In this document: piece by piece, positions 40,590-54,944 of the stretch | How positions within the stretch are numbered: position 1 is the stretch's first letter | How the letters are laid out: each line of letters opens with the position of its first letter | Assembly: GCA_951406725.2 (NCBI GenBank) | Contig: OX597822.1 | Span: 9,052,001 to 9,116,000 of the forward strand | Source: Octopus vulgaris | Taxonomy: Eukaryota | Reading direction: 5' to 3' | Length of the DNA: 64,000 nucleotides | Translations under genes and position numbers: made by a program | Notes under the pieces: generated by a model | The model's database searches: none | The model's input: only the letters and a program-made list of their open reading frames with translations | Told to the model about the DNA's origin: nothing

Positions 40590-41529
40590 AAACACACATC
40601 GAGAGATAAACATATTCACCACACACTTGCGCACTCTCTAAGGTATGGTATATACACTACAAATAGTAACCTAAAAGAAACGATTTAAAAATAATTGCAA
40701 ACTGTCTTGCGACAAAGATCGCATGTGACTAGATGAACCACAAAACCTATGACGTATGTTTACAGCAACATATCATTCAGGTGAAGAAGTACGTATTGCT
40801 GCCGAGTGGTTCCTAGTTCGATTCTACTATGCATCTTGTATTATAAACTCGGGACTAGCAAATTTTTGTGATCGAAATTTGATAGGGAAAAGCTATGTGA
40901 AACCATATCGATGGGATCAATCGATTCCTGTTTTGGGGTGCTTTACTTAATCTCTTACATGGTTTAACACTAGTGAACGTAAGGTCTACACGTCTTTTGA
41001 AACCGACCCTTTGATATAAAGTTCAAGTCTTCCTTTCCTTTCTGTCGCTTCAGAAATCCTGGAAAGGAGGCTATAAATATTGGTTTCACATCTCTAACTC
41101 ATGAATAAGAAAACATTTACCAAAGTTTACAGACATAAGATCTGTTAACTTGAAGAGAGTGAATGATTCGATACCCTTAACTGCAATGGTAGATCGGCAC
41201 CTTATATATAAGATCTCGGTATGACAAAAATCAGAGAAGACCACGGTAGAATTCGAGCCCGGAACGTTGAGTATCGGATAAACTTGCAGAAGACATATTG
41301 TCCCACGTTCTGCTGATTCTGGCATCTCGGCAAAGGTTTTGTAATAATACAAGAATGCCTTTTATATAGCCATCGGCTGGCTGAAAGAAAAACCATACAT
41401 CGAACGCAGAAAGGAGGAGAAGAAAGATGGGAGAAGCAGAAAGGTAGAGAGATATGTGCATTAAGCTAGGAGCCCCGATGGAATATGCATATATGTGTGT
41501 GTGTATATATATTCATATATATATATGTG

Positions 41530-41582
<53 letters not shown>

Positions 41583-41719
41583 ATATGTATATATATATAT
41601 ATATATATGTATATATAATAACAAAGTGTGAAATTAATTAATTAAGAAGTAATCAGTAATTTCACCAAGTAGAATTAGGCATGTGGTGAAGCAAATCGTT
41701 GCTGAGCCCTAATTATAAA

Positions 41720-41788
<69 letters not shown>

Positions 41789-41809
41789 TACATGTATATA
41801 TATCCAACG

Positions 41810-41845
41810 TTTTTGAGGAGGAACTTTAAATCCGAAACGTCGAAA
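41810..41845 (+). ncRNA. Minimal hammerhead-like motif (U3 variant)
   Basis: TTT-TTGAGGA-GGA-ACTTTAAA-TCC-GAAA-CG-TC-GAA, with palindromic ACGT stem III, inside a ~105-bp island between TA runs. Confidence 0.45.
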
Positions 41846-41906
41846 TAGAAAATTAATATAAAGAAGACGCATACGTTTCCTATTATTTTACTTCGGTTCA
41901 GTTTTT

Positions 41907-41946
<40 letters not shown>

Positions 41947-42517
41947 CATACATGTATGTCTGTGTGTGCTTATATATGTATTTATCCACACTTTATTTCC
42001 AAAGCTGTATTTTAATAACTTTCTTAAATATTATTCTATTTCACAATACTTCACATTTACTATAATAGTCACACACACACACACACACACACACTCACGT
42101 ACACACATGCACACACACTGAGTCACACACATGCACATGTATATACCTATACATATATTTTCGTATGCGTGTTTTTCATAGGAATATGTTTAGATATATT
42201 TAAATATATATTCATAGATATATATGGATCGCCGTCTGTTTGTGTATTTCTGCATATACATATATGTGTACGTGTGTGTATGTGTATAGAGAGAATTAGA
42301 AAAAGCTAAAGAGAGTCATAAATGAAGTAAATGAGTAAATCTTGGAGAAAGAGAAACAGGTAACAAAAATAAAAGCGAAATAACTAAACCTCCATTATTA
42401 ACTGAAACGATACACACAACTGAAGGATTTTTTTCAGTATTTGACTGTTCTCTTCATTTATACATCGTCAAGCTCACAAATACCCACACGCTTGGATGGA
42501 TGGATGGATAGATGGAA

Positions 42518-42897
42518 GCACTCCGTCGGTTACGACGATGAGGGTTCCGGTTGATCCGAATCGACGGAACAGCCTGCTCGTGAAATTAACGTGTAAGTGG
42601 CTGAGCACTCCACAGACACGTGTACCCTTAACGTAGTTCTCGGTGATATTCAGCGTGACACAGAGAGTGACAAGGCCGGCCCTTTGAAATACAGGTACAA
42701 CAGAAACAGGAAGTAAGAGTGAGAGAAAAGTTGTGGTGAAAGAGTACTGCAGGGATCGCCACCATCCCCTGCCGGCGCCTCGTGGAGCTTTTAGGTGTTT
42801 TCGCTCAATAAACACTCACAACGCCCGGCCTGGGAATCGAAACCGCGATCCTATGACTGCGAGTCCGCTGGCCTAACCACTGGGCCACTGCGCCTCC
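42518..42897 (-). mobile_element. SINE family C, full length
   Basis: Reverse complement is colinear with 12759-13134. Confidence 0.9.
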
Positions 42898-42944
42898 CAC
42901 CCAAACGCTTGACACCTACGCTCACAGGCAACGCCTTGCACATA

Positions 42945-43172
42945 CGGCGAGCTGGAGAAACGTTAGCACGTCGGGCGAAAAACTTAGCGGTACTTTGTCT
43001 GTCATTACGTTGTGAGTTCAAGTTCCGCCGAGGTCGACTTTGCCTTTCATCCTTTCGGGGTCGATAAATTAAGTACCAGTTACGCACTGGGGTAGATGTA
43101 ATCGATTTAATCCCTTTGTCTGTCCTTGTTTGTCCCCTCTATGTTTAGCCCCTTGTGGGTAATAAAGAAATA
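42945..43172 (+). mobile_element. SINE family B, full length
   Basis: CGGCGAGCTGG...GAGTTCAAGTTCC...AATAAAGAAATA running into (TA)n. Confidence 0.9.
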
Positions 43173-44181
43173 TATATATATATATATGAATATATGCGCT
43201 AACGATAACCAGATTCTAATAGGTGAAATTGAACCAGGCGACAGCTTAAGCTACCATCGAAGACGAGGAACGATTTATCCGACGAGCATCCATAAAATTT
43301 TTATGAATGCTTTTGTCGATCCAAGGCTTTAGTTGGAGACTCTTTCCAAAGACGCCAGGCAATGAGACCGAATCTGAACTAAGAAACTGTGATGCAGCTA
43401 CTTTACCATGCAAACGTGCCTGAGCCCATTCGTAATTAATTTAAACCACATTAGTGAAGTCAATAAACGACGGAATCAATTTCTCCGTCCGGAACATAAA
43501 TTTGCTATCATCCTTTCGGAAGATTGAACTGAGAAACGCACATCTCTAAGTCCACTTTCATTGCTTCGTTTTCTCTTTGATGATATTTATAAAATGAAAA
43601 GATTATATTGTTTGTATTTAAAAACAAGACAAAAAACATAGGTTTAACAACAGTATACGACACTCTCTTCTTTGAAGAATGGGCTGAACTGAAAACCTCT
43701 TTTGCATTTAGTTACCACAGACACATTTAAAATCGCCAACTCCCATTTACTAAGAAATGGTGTATTGTGTATCGGAAATTCATTAGATTAACTGATAAGA
43801 TGTTTTGTGAAATTTAGTTGTCCACCGAGGTCGGCTTCACCCGTCACTCTTCTGATGTTGATAAAACAAATGCTAGTATATCTGTTATACTCGTCTTTCA
43901 TGTCCGATGCCTTATGTCTGTGTTAAGGAAGGAAATGGCAGAGTTGTGGAAGTGGCAGTTGACGTGTGCCTTTATCTTCCAGTCACATTCAACCGAGTAC
44001 AATGTAAACCAAAATAAATTAGTATCTGTGAAAGGACAAGACTACATGATCACAACTCGAACGCTCTTGATCATAATCCAATAGGATATCAGTTTACCAT
44101 GGCTAAAGAGAAGAAAAGAACTGTTGTCTCGTGTGAAACTTCAAGGCACGAATGGCTTGTAAAATATGTGTAATACTATCT

Positions 44182-44974
44182 TATTTCTTTATTGCTCACA
44201 AGGGGCTACACATTCAGGGGACAAAAAAGGACATACAAAGGGATTATATCGATTACATCGACACCAGTGCGATGTACTTAATTTATCTTCACTGGTACTT
44301 AATTTATCGACCCCGAAAGGATGGAAGGCAAAGTCGACCTCGGCGGAATTTGAACTCAGAACCTATTTCTCAAAATAACTATTTCTTTACTACCCACAAG
44401 GGGCTAAACACAGAGGACAAACAAGGACAGACAAACGGATTAAGTCGATTATATCGACCCCAGTGCGTAACTGGTACTTAATTTATCGACCCCTCAAGGA
44501 TGAAAGGCAAAGTCGACCTCGGCGGAATTTGAAGTCAGAACGCAGCGGCAGACGAAATACTTATTTCTTTACTACCCACAAGAGGCTAAACACAAAGGGA
44601 AAAAACAAGGACAGACAAACAGATTACATCGATTATATCGACCCCAGTGCGGAACTGGTACTTATTTAATCGACCCCGAAAGGATGAAAGGCAAAGTCGA
44701 CCTCGGCGGAATTTGAACTCAGAACGTAGCGGCAGACGAAATACCTATTTCTTTATTACCCACAAGAGGCTAAACACAGAGGGGACAAACAAGGACAGAC
44801 ATAGGTATTAAGTCGATTACATCGAGCCCAGTGCGTAACTGGTACTTAATTTATCTACCCCGAAAGGATGAAAGGCAAAGTCGACCTCGGCGGAATTTGA
44901 ACTCACAACGTAACGCAGACGAAATACCGCTAAGCATTTCGCCCGGCGTGCTAACGTTTCTGCCAGCTCGCCGC
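44182..44974 (-). mobile_element. Head-to-tail array of four SINE-B units (one head, three headless)
   Basis: Units at 44182-44363, 44380-44560, 44561-44744 and 44745-44974. Confidence 0.92.
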
Positions 44975-45902
44975 ATTATCTAAAAGCAATTGCAAGATGG
45001 AGGGGGTTCCGTTAGTGAAAATAATTAATGTCGGTGAAACCACCGCCTACCTAAAATTATGTGAATATTTTAAGAATCTAGGTGGGGATGGGTATTTTCT
45101 TCTTTATGTGTGTGCGTGTGTTTGATACAAAGCACATTTGTGTATTTAGTTAAGTAAATTAACATTCTACATTCAAATCCTGATCAAATTCGTCTTTCAT
45201 TCTCGTGTTCAGCTATACGTTTCTTCCCTCCGGAATCGATGAAAAGAAAGTACCATTCAATTACCAGGATCGATTAGATCGATGATACGCATGCTTATAT
45301 TAGGAATCGATATTTCGGGATGCTGGTCAAAAGCAAACAGGTCACTCTTTTTGAACTTTTTTCCTATACTAATAATTCTCTGTAGAGTAAAAGGAGCTTG
45401 TTCTTTTCATTATGATGCTTTTTCAAAATACTAAGTTTGTTAATTTGTTTTACCTCAAAATCACACAACTGGAAAGCTTTAGACTATAGGATTACTCAAG
45501 CAGAGGTAACCTTGGGTAGGGGCCAGACAACAACAACACCGAGAGAAAAAATAGTTAATACTATCACTTCATCAAGAAAGACAAGAAACGTTGACACAAA
45601 AAAATAAGGAAATATAAAGGAAGCTTTTTTGATAAAATTATTACAAAAGTCATGATTTCTATAACACAGACACATACATACATGTTTGTGTGCGTGTGTA
45701 TCTGTGTATGTGTGTGTATACACCTGTGCATTATGTATTAATATGTGGGAGACTGAGAAAGACGGGGAATAAATGTGTGTGTATACGTGTATAGATAGAT
45801 AGAAACATAAATATATGTAAGTATACGCTTATACACACATAATTGCTCACATATACATTGAAAATATAGTTACAATTATCAATATCAGGAAGCTTTAAAA
45901 TG

Positions 45903-46040
45903 GTTAGCTGTCAGAATCGTTAGCACCCCGGACAAAATGCCTGACGGCATTTCGCCCGTCTTTGAATTCTGGGTTCAAATTCCACTGAAGTCGACTTTGC
46001 CTCTTACTCCTTTAGGTTCGATTTAAAAAGCACCAGTTCA
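45903..46040 (+). mobile_element. Old SINE family B copy
   Basis: AGCTGTCAGAATCGTTAGCACC...GGTTCAAATTCC...GTCGACTTTGCC. Confidence 0.75.
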
Positions 46041-47139
46041 ACACTAGGATCGATATAATCAATTTTACTATAATATTTACTGGTAGAAAAAGAAGAAAGA
46101 AATATTTGCAAAAATTGTAATCTCAAAAGATAGAAATAATAATAATAATAATATATAAGTTTGGAAATGGAAATTGCTGGCCTTGTGCCAAAAATTTGAA
46201 ACTAATATCATCAGTCTTAGTATTCTGAGATCAAATCCTGCCGTCATCAGCAATGCTTTTCATTCAACCAGATATCAATAAAATTAAGTACCAATGAAAA
46301 ACTAGGGTCTGTCTAATCGATTAGTTCCTCGGTCCATTTTTTTTTCTCTGTAGTCTATGTGAAAAATGAAAATAAGTTGGCTTAACAGACCACGCGTTTT
46401 GGCAACGCGTTTGTCTCTGTTACCTGCATATAAGGTTAACACTTCTTCCCTGTCCTTTTCTCTTGCAAACATCGACCCTCAGATTCTCAGTTTGAGATAT
46501 CAGTCTTACTAGTTTCGCACGAACTGAAATACCTCTACCCCGCAACTCTCACTAAGTTATAAACCATACTAAAAATCTTAATGGAATACACTCATAGAAC
46601 TAAATCATCTCGATAACAAACATAGCTTCAGAAAAATATTTTAAAATATCACTTATTTTTTCCAGTATATTTTAGAATAAAGTTACGCAGAGGGGCAAGT
46701 ATATGATAATAACTTTTTTATTGCTTTACTTCCATTGCCAAATATAATCCATTCTGTTAGGTAAATATGATTTAAAAAATAATCCATTGAATTATAGATC
46801 ATGTTAACAATAGGTTCTCCGTTGTCTGCATCTTTCGCAAATGTTTTAGTATAATATGAAACCTAAAAGAAATTCTATAAAAGCGCAATTGAATTTTGTT
46901 TTTCTTTTGTTTGTCTTTTTTCCTGTCTTTTATTACTTTATCATGATATATTGGGCAGGCATGGTTACGTGGTTAAGAAACTCGCATCAGAGAGACGAGA
47001 TAGCAAGCGCCAGGTGCAGTGGGCATGTATCTTCTTTCTTCTTCTAGAATAGTTTACGGTTGACCAGTATCTTGTGATGGGAATTTCGTAAATGGAAATG
47101 GAGCAGAGGTCCGTTACAAGCACACACGCAGGCACACAC

Positions 47140-47191
<52 letters not shown>

Positions 47192-47429
47192 CACCAGTGT
47201 CCGTTAAGCTTTGTACTTCAGTATGCGCACACTCCTTTTCCGACTAGGAAAGGAAAGACATGTCTACAAGATGGAATAGGATATTATGATAAAAGAAATT
47301 CTGCATGGTTACGCACATGCAATGAAAGAAAAGTATTGCAGATAATGCAAATTCTACATACACCCACAGCATAACATTGGAGCGAACATTCACACACACA
47401 TATGCCTATATGCATATATATGTGTGTGT

Positions 47430-47467
<38 letters not shown>

Positions 47468-48469
47468 ATGCGTAAGTATGACTGTGTACACTGCTACTGT
47501 CTGTGCTAACATTTGCCAGTGTTAACAGTTAACAAATCCACCAGCTTTATAGGTAGATAGATAGATAGAAAAAGAGAGAGAGAGAGAGAGCGACAGAGAG
47601 AGTAAATCCCGGACAAGAATAAAGTACTGTAATTGATATGATCGATTAAATAAAATACCCTTGAAAGCGGTGTCTCAGCGCAGTTGCAATACAGCAGATG
47701 AAACTAGCGAGTATACAAAATAATTGATTTCTAACGTCCACACTAAGAATTGGCAGTTACTTGACTAGAATCCGTTATTTGACTAGAAATTGGGCTGCCC
47801 AGATAAAGCAAAAGCCCAGAATCAAAGTTTACATTTGTGGAATTGAGGTGTGAAAGCTAAAATCAGAAATTGCATACACACCATGACAGTTCTTTAGGTA
47901 AATCTTGATTGTTAGACTTTATATAAGGCCCTGTTCAAACGCATATTTGGCGCTTGGCTTTCGTAAGTGAAGATTGTTAAGTTACAAGCATAAAAAAAAA
48001 CATTTCTCAGCTCTAAGGATAACTCCTTTTTCTCCCACCATTCTTAGAAGCTCTAAAAAATGCTCATTGGTGGCAGCAATCCTTTTCTGACAAAATCATT
48101 AAAACTACATAGTCAGTCAAATCCGCAGTTCTTATTCACCGTATAGTAATAAATATATTACTCTCGAAGGAAATTAAACCGTCTGGTGCATTCATATATA
48201 TAAAAATATCGTGATATGTTATATTTATACAAATACGAATTGATTTAAGAGCTAGCTTCTTGTCTTAGAAATGTAATATAGCATATATATTCCCTGGTTA
48301 ATAAATGATCTTAAAAAGAAAATAGATTTAACAAAATAAAAATCCAGAAATAAAGTTGCAAGAGTTCTTTATTCAACGAATTCATGTATTCATTGAGTTA
48401 TTTTAGATTTTGATATATAGAAATATATGCATGTGTGTACGTGTTGTGTGTGTACGTGTTGTGTGTGCA

Positions 48470-48515
<46 letters not shown>

Positions 48516-48805
48516 GGTTTGCTATAGTTGAATGGTTATGAATTTCACTTTGTTATCATAAGGTCGTTCTTTCGATTTTAGATTTCATCGGGTGTCATCA
48601 TGAATACGTGTTATTTTGTGTAGCCTTATGTGTAGGTATGTATATACATAGAAATACACACACACACACACGCGCGCGCAATTACGCACACGCACACACA
48701 CACACATCCTTCTATATATTTCAGTCTTGAGACTGCAGTCATGACTAATAAGTTTTAAAATAGAGAGATTCAATGGCTATAAGGTAATTTATTAATTAAT
48801 TAACA

Positions 48806-48905
48806 TTACCTACAATTGTTTCACTTCACATCCAATTTAAAGTACAGAACATATATAATAATATAAGTTTGCATTTTGAGTATTCTGGGTTGATCTTCAA
48901 GGCAA
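48806..48905 (-). ncRNA. Hammerhead-like motif with long stem II and palindromic stem III
   Basis: Minus strand: TTGCC-TTGAAGA-(~70 nt incl. CAGAATA/TGTTCTG)-GAAA-CAATTG-TA-GGTAA. The base of stem II is unpaired. Confidence 0.4.
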
Positions 48906-49067
48906 AAATGACATCACAGAGTTTGCATTTTGATGAATTGAAATACTCCAACAGACCAAATACATGAAAGGGCGTTTATTGTGTGTGTGTGTGGGGGGGT
49001 GCGTGTGGTAATATTTTATTTATATTTAAATACAATACTAATACTAAAATTACTACTACTACTACAC

Positions 49068-49105
<38 letters not shown>

Positions 49106-49139
49106 TAATAATGTCACCAGGGATGACATTTAATACTAT

Positions 49140-49306
49140 AGGAGTGACCGTGTGGTAAGTAGCTTGCTTACGAACCACATGGTTCTGGGTTCAGTTCCAC
49201 TGCGTGGCACCTTGGGCGAGTGTCTTCTACTATAGCTTCAGGCCGACCAAAGCCTTGTGAGTGGATTTGGTAGACGGAAACTGAAAGAAGCTCGTCGTAT
49301 GTATAA

Positions 49307-49391
<85 letters not shown>

Positions 49392-49603
49392 TGTGCCTGT
49401 GTTTGTCTTCCCAACATCGCTTGACAGCCAATGCTGGTGTGTTTAGGTCTCCGTAACGTAGCGGTTCGACAAAAGAAATCGATAGAATATGTACAAGGCT
49501 TACAAAGAATAAGTCCCGGAGTCGCCTTGCTCGACTAAAGGCGATGCTCCAGCATCGCCGCAGTCAAATGATTGAAAAAAGAAATAGAGTAAAAGAGAGA
49601 GTA
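49140..49603 (+). mobile_element. SINE family A, nearly full length
   Basis: Colinear with the A consensus; internal (TA)(TG) tract expanded. Confidence 0.9.
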
Positions 49604-49682
49604 ATGAATTAAAGCATATAAAAATAAAAAATAAAAGATAAAAACAAAGATCAATTATAAATGAGGAACATGGTGAAATATA

Positions 49683-50028
49683 TCTTTATATATAAAAGTA
49701 AGGTTGTGTGTCTGTCTCCTACGATTTAGATTCCTAACTACTCCCACATTTTGCGGTGCAGTTTAACCAAAACTGGGTATCTTATAGTCGTGATTCATAT
49801 CGAGCCCTTCTGGGTATTAGCGCGCGTCTACGATGATTGTACGATTTAAAACTAAAATTACCATCAATTTTTCCCATTTTTAATGCATTTTTGGCATATA
49901 TAAGGGAAGTAACTCTCTAAAAACTTATTAAATCTCAGAACGTTAAAAGCTATTATACTTTACATCTTTAAAAATGCTTATATAGTTATTTCCCTTACAA
50001 ACCGAGCAACGCCGGGCGATACTGCTAG
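49683..50028 (+). mobile_element. Non-autonomous Helitron, body type 1
   Basis: A|TCTTTATATAT...CCGAGCAACGCCGGGCGATACTGCTAG|T; colinear with 24527-24921 apart from a small deletion. Confidence 0.87.
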
Positions 50029-50303
50029 TTAATAATAATAAAAAAATAAAATGAAAGTCTTTTATAATACATGGATGTCCATGGTCCATGTTGGTTTATT
50101 TTTAGTGCATGTTCGTGGGTGTATATGTTTGCTCTTATGTGTATATACGTATGTTTACTGCCTAATTTAATTAATATGTACGTATGTGTGTATGTTGTGT
50201 CGGCAAAAGGTCATAGAATACAAGTATGAATGACATCGTTTATGCATGTGTGTGTGTGTGTATGCGTTTATAGATCCTTACTACTTAAGTTGCTTCATTA
50301 GTG

Positions 50304-50336
<33 letters not shown>

Positions 50337-50624
50337 ACATGATATATTAATACAGATACAGGCACCACATGCATACACATATCTATTTATGTGTTTGTGT
50401 TATGTCTATGCAGGTAGTGTGCAATTAAAAGTAATATAATTTAAGAGAAATATGTTACTAGCCATATAAATTTAGATAGCAAAGTAGTCTGTAAATCAAA
50501 ACCTTTTACGAATTTCATTCGTGGAAAGAGAAAGTAAACAAGAACTATACTTTAATAAGCCTGTCGGATTATTTATATTTTCTTAAGCCTGCTGACAATG
50601 AAATTTGGCTGGTAATAGGCGAGT

Positions 50625-50675
50625 GAATATCTATCGCTGAGGAACATCTGTCGCCGAGGAATATCTGTCGCTGAA
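50625..50675 (+). repeat. Minisatellite, 3 x 17 bp
   Basis: GAATATCTATCGCTGAG / GAACATCTGTCGCCGAG / GAATATCTGTCGCTGAA. Confidence 0.8.
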
Positions 50676-50717
50676 ATCAAATGATATAACGGTTCTTGTC
50701 AGCTAACGATGTATATA

Positions 50718-50949
50718 TATTTCTTTATTGCCCACAAAGGGCTAAACGCAGAGAGAAAAAACAAGGACAGACAAACGGATTAAGTCGATTACATCGACCC
50801 CAGTGTGTATAACTGGTACTTAATTATCGCCCCCGAAAGGATGAAAGGCAAAGTTGACCTCGGCGGAATTTGAACTCAGAATGTAACGGCAGACGAAATA
50901 CCGCTAAGCATTTCGCCCGGCGTGCTAACGTTTCTGCCAGCTCGCCGCC
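50718..50949 (-). mobile_element. SINE family B, full length
   Basis: Colinear with other B copies. Confidence 0.9.
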
Positions 50950-51165
50950 TATCGGTGCTTTTAGGAAGCTGTCCTTGTATGAGAGGATCATTCAAGGCCA
51001 ATGCTGCAGTATTCGGCGTTCTAATAAATATATATTCATTTTGAGTAAGATATAAAGATTGTCATATATATATATATATATATATATATAACACGCCAAC
51101 AACGGTTGTTGAGCGGTAACGAGGGGAGGGGATACACACATACGCAAAGACACATATATATACAT

Positions 51166-51197
<32 letters not shown>

Positions 51198-51219
51198 CAA
51201 CGGGCTTCTTTCAGTTTGG

Positions 51220-52222
<1,003 letters not shown>

Positions 52223-52941
52223 TAAGTATATCTTAAACGATATATCCTCAGCTCTTGATAATTTATTGGCATCATTTCCATGGAGAATTAGTCGCAGAGA
52301 TATGATTGAAGTAAGCATAATTTTCGTAAGAAAAACTACTCGACATACTGATAGAAATATATCCCTCACTTTAATACAAAATACGCTTAATACAAATGCA
52401 ATTACGTTTATCAATCTCGATAGACATTTCTTTTTATAAATGGTATATAATCGAAAAATCAAACAAGTTGAAATTATGTTGCACGTCAAAGTCGTAGAGA
52501 AGCTCGGGGATAAAATGAATGTAAGCATGGACGTAAATCTCCAAGAGATAGTCCGAGGTTAGTATAATAAAACCAGATGCACACATCAATGATAAATAAA
52601 TGCTCAACACAAATCTTACGATATTGTAAAACTAACAACAAAATTATAATATTTAAAGATAACAATAGTAATTATTTAGTATTCATAAGAATATTACTAT
52701 AAATTAACATTAACATTTTACTTAACGATGAAAAAATTTATAAGAATTCAGAAAGATAGCAACACATAATTCAATGTTAAACTGAAAATACTTATTACGA
52801 TGATGCCCACAAAAGCAGGAGCTTCGCATTTCCTCCACGTTTAAGCATGAATTCTCATCGAGCGTAAAAAATACACAAGGCAATTTCCCTCAGCCCATAC
52901 CGTTCCAATAAAGACCACCAAAATATACATTTAATTAATAA

Positions 52942-53335
52942 GTAGCAATATCGCCCGGCGCTGCTCTGGTTTGTTTCAACCCTTTACAATTGGAATATTT
53001 GAAAAGTAAAATTTTTGCATTATGTAGCTTGTTATTCTCTTTAAGTGAACATTTTTCTGGTTGAAATACACCGATAAAATGGCGACACAGCAGTCAAAAA
53101 ATCGTAAAAAAATAGGGATTTTCATAGAAAAGAAGGACCTTTTTGATGTAAATAATTTTTGATATCTTAACATGGTCCGATTTGAATTTTATCTTCTACG
53201 GGATAAAGAGCAAGCCTTCTTCTATCATACTCTCAATTTTGGTCAACTTGCGCCGCAGGGTCTCGGAGGAGATAGTGTTAGTTGAAGGCTACCAAACCTG
53301 CCACACACAGACAACTTCAGCTTTATATATATAGA
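52942..53335 (-). mobile_element. Non-autonomous Helitron, body type 2
   Basis: Same terminal TAGCA.TATCGCCCGGCG.TGCTC.GGTTTGT and TTTATATATATAGA|T ends; unrelated interior. Confidence 0.75.
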
Positions 53336-54337
53336 TTAGATATCATCGAAAATAGACCCTAGAGGGAATGCTCTATACGGTCTGCATGCAGATAACATCA
53401 CCACCTTAATATTCGATGGATACTAAGAAAGGCCACATTGATTAATTTATTAAAAAAATATTCATGAATATAGCTAATCACTATATCAGTTTCCAAACCG
53501 AAAACATTGTTAACATTCTGTATAATGGAAGTACATTTTAGCAGTCTACAATACGAATTATAAAACAGAAGTTAACCGTAGGTTCTTGCATAACAACCGC
53601 GTTCAAGGCGTTGTATATAGGTTGAATAGAAAACAAAACGTTTCACCGCATAAACATACGTTATAAGACAAGCATATGAACGATATAGTTGTTCGGAATA
53701 CTCGTTGTAATGGACATACCGAAAGATGTCGAGAAATTAAAGAAGGCCTAGAAAACAACTTCGTGCAGATATTCAATTTCATTTCTGTCTAGATCAGTAG
53801 CAATAAACCTTCTGGCAATAGGATAACTCAATTTCTATACTTAAATGCTTAGACAGAAAGTACCACAAAGTAACACGCCTGTTTGTGCCAAAGACATAGA
53901 TATATTCATATACATTAATGGAGGCTGTGAATGCCCCTACAGATACGAAATGTCAATTATAGATTTTTTTAGGTTCTTTCCTACAAATAGAGCACTAGGT
54001 GAAGAAATTCAGTGAGTGAAAGAAATATTAAACGTCGACGAGTGTTCTAACAAATAAAAGGACCAAGCGATTAAATAATATAGAAAAGAATATTACGCAA
54101 AAACTCTCCCAAAATACCTGTTAAATAATAGTTTATATAAATTAAATTCATACTAATATACAAAATGATTGTACATGAAAAAAACTCTTTACATATAAGG
54201 TAAAATGTTTTACATTAAAAATGTGGAGCTAAAATTACAAGAATCACGTGCAGGAAAACCTATGAATGAGATCAATATGATTTGTTATTTAAATGTTTAC
54301 GTGGAATTTGTAAACTTCACAGTTGTAGGTATAACGT

Positions 54338-54925
54338 TGGTTTCAAATTATGGCAGAAGGGGGGGAGTCAATTACATCGAACCCAGCACACAACTGGTAC
54401 TTTACTTATTTTATCGACCCCGGAAGGATGAAAGGCAAAGCTGACTCTGGTGAATGTTGAACTCAAAACATGACAGACGAAATACCTCTTTCTTTACTAC
54501 CCACAAAGGGACAAACAAGGACAAACAAACGGGTTAAGTCGATTATATCGACCCCAGTGCGTAACTGATACTTATTCAATCGACCCCGAAAGGATAAAAG
54601 GCAAACTCGACCTCGGCGGAATTTGAACTCAGAACGTAGCGGCAGATGAAATACCTATTCCTTTACTACCCACAAGGGGCTAAACACAGAGAGGACAAAC
54701 AAGGACAGAGAAACGGATTAAGTCGATTATATCGACCCCAGTGCGGAACTGGTACCTATTTAATCTATCCCGAAAGGATGAAAGGCAAAGTTTTGTTGTT
54801 CATCCTTTCGGGGTCGATAAAATAAGTACCAGTTACGCACTGGGGTCTATGTAATCGACTTAATCCGTTTGTCTGTTCTTGTTTGTGCCCTCTGTGTTTA
54901 GCTCCTTGTGAGCAATAAAAGAAAT
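54338..54925 (-). mobile_element. SINE-B array (three minus units) fused to an inverted plus-strand 3' half
   Basis: Units at about 54338-54485 (old tail), 54486-54654 and 54655-54791; inverted copy at 54799-54925. Confidence 0.88.
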
Positions 54926-54944
54926 AATAAGATTCAGCCTCGAG

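Noticed and set aside
44182-44974. CRISPR-like or satellite array
   Set aside because: Units are ~185-bp SINE bodies without unique spacers, and the context is eukaryotic.
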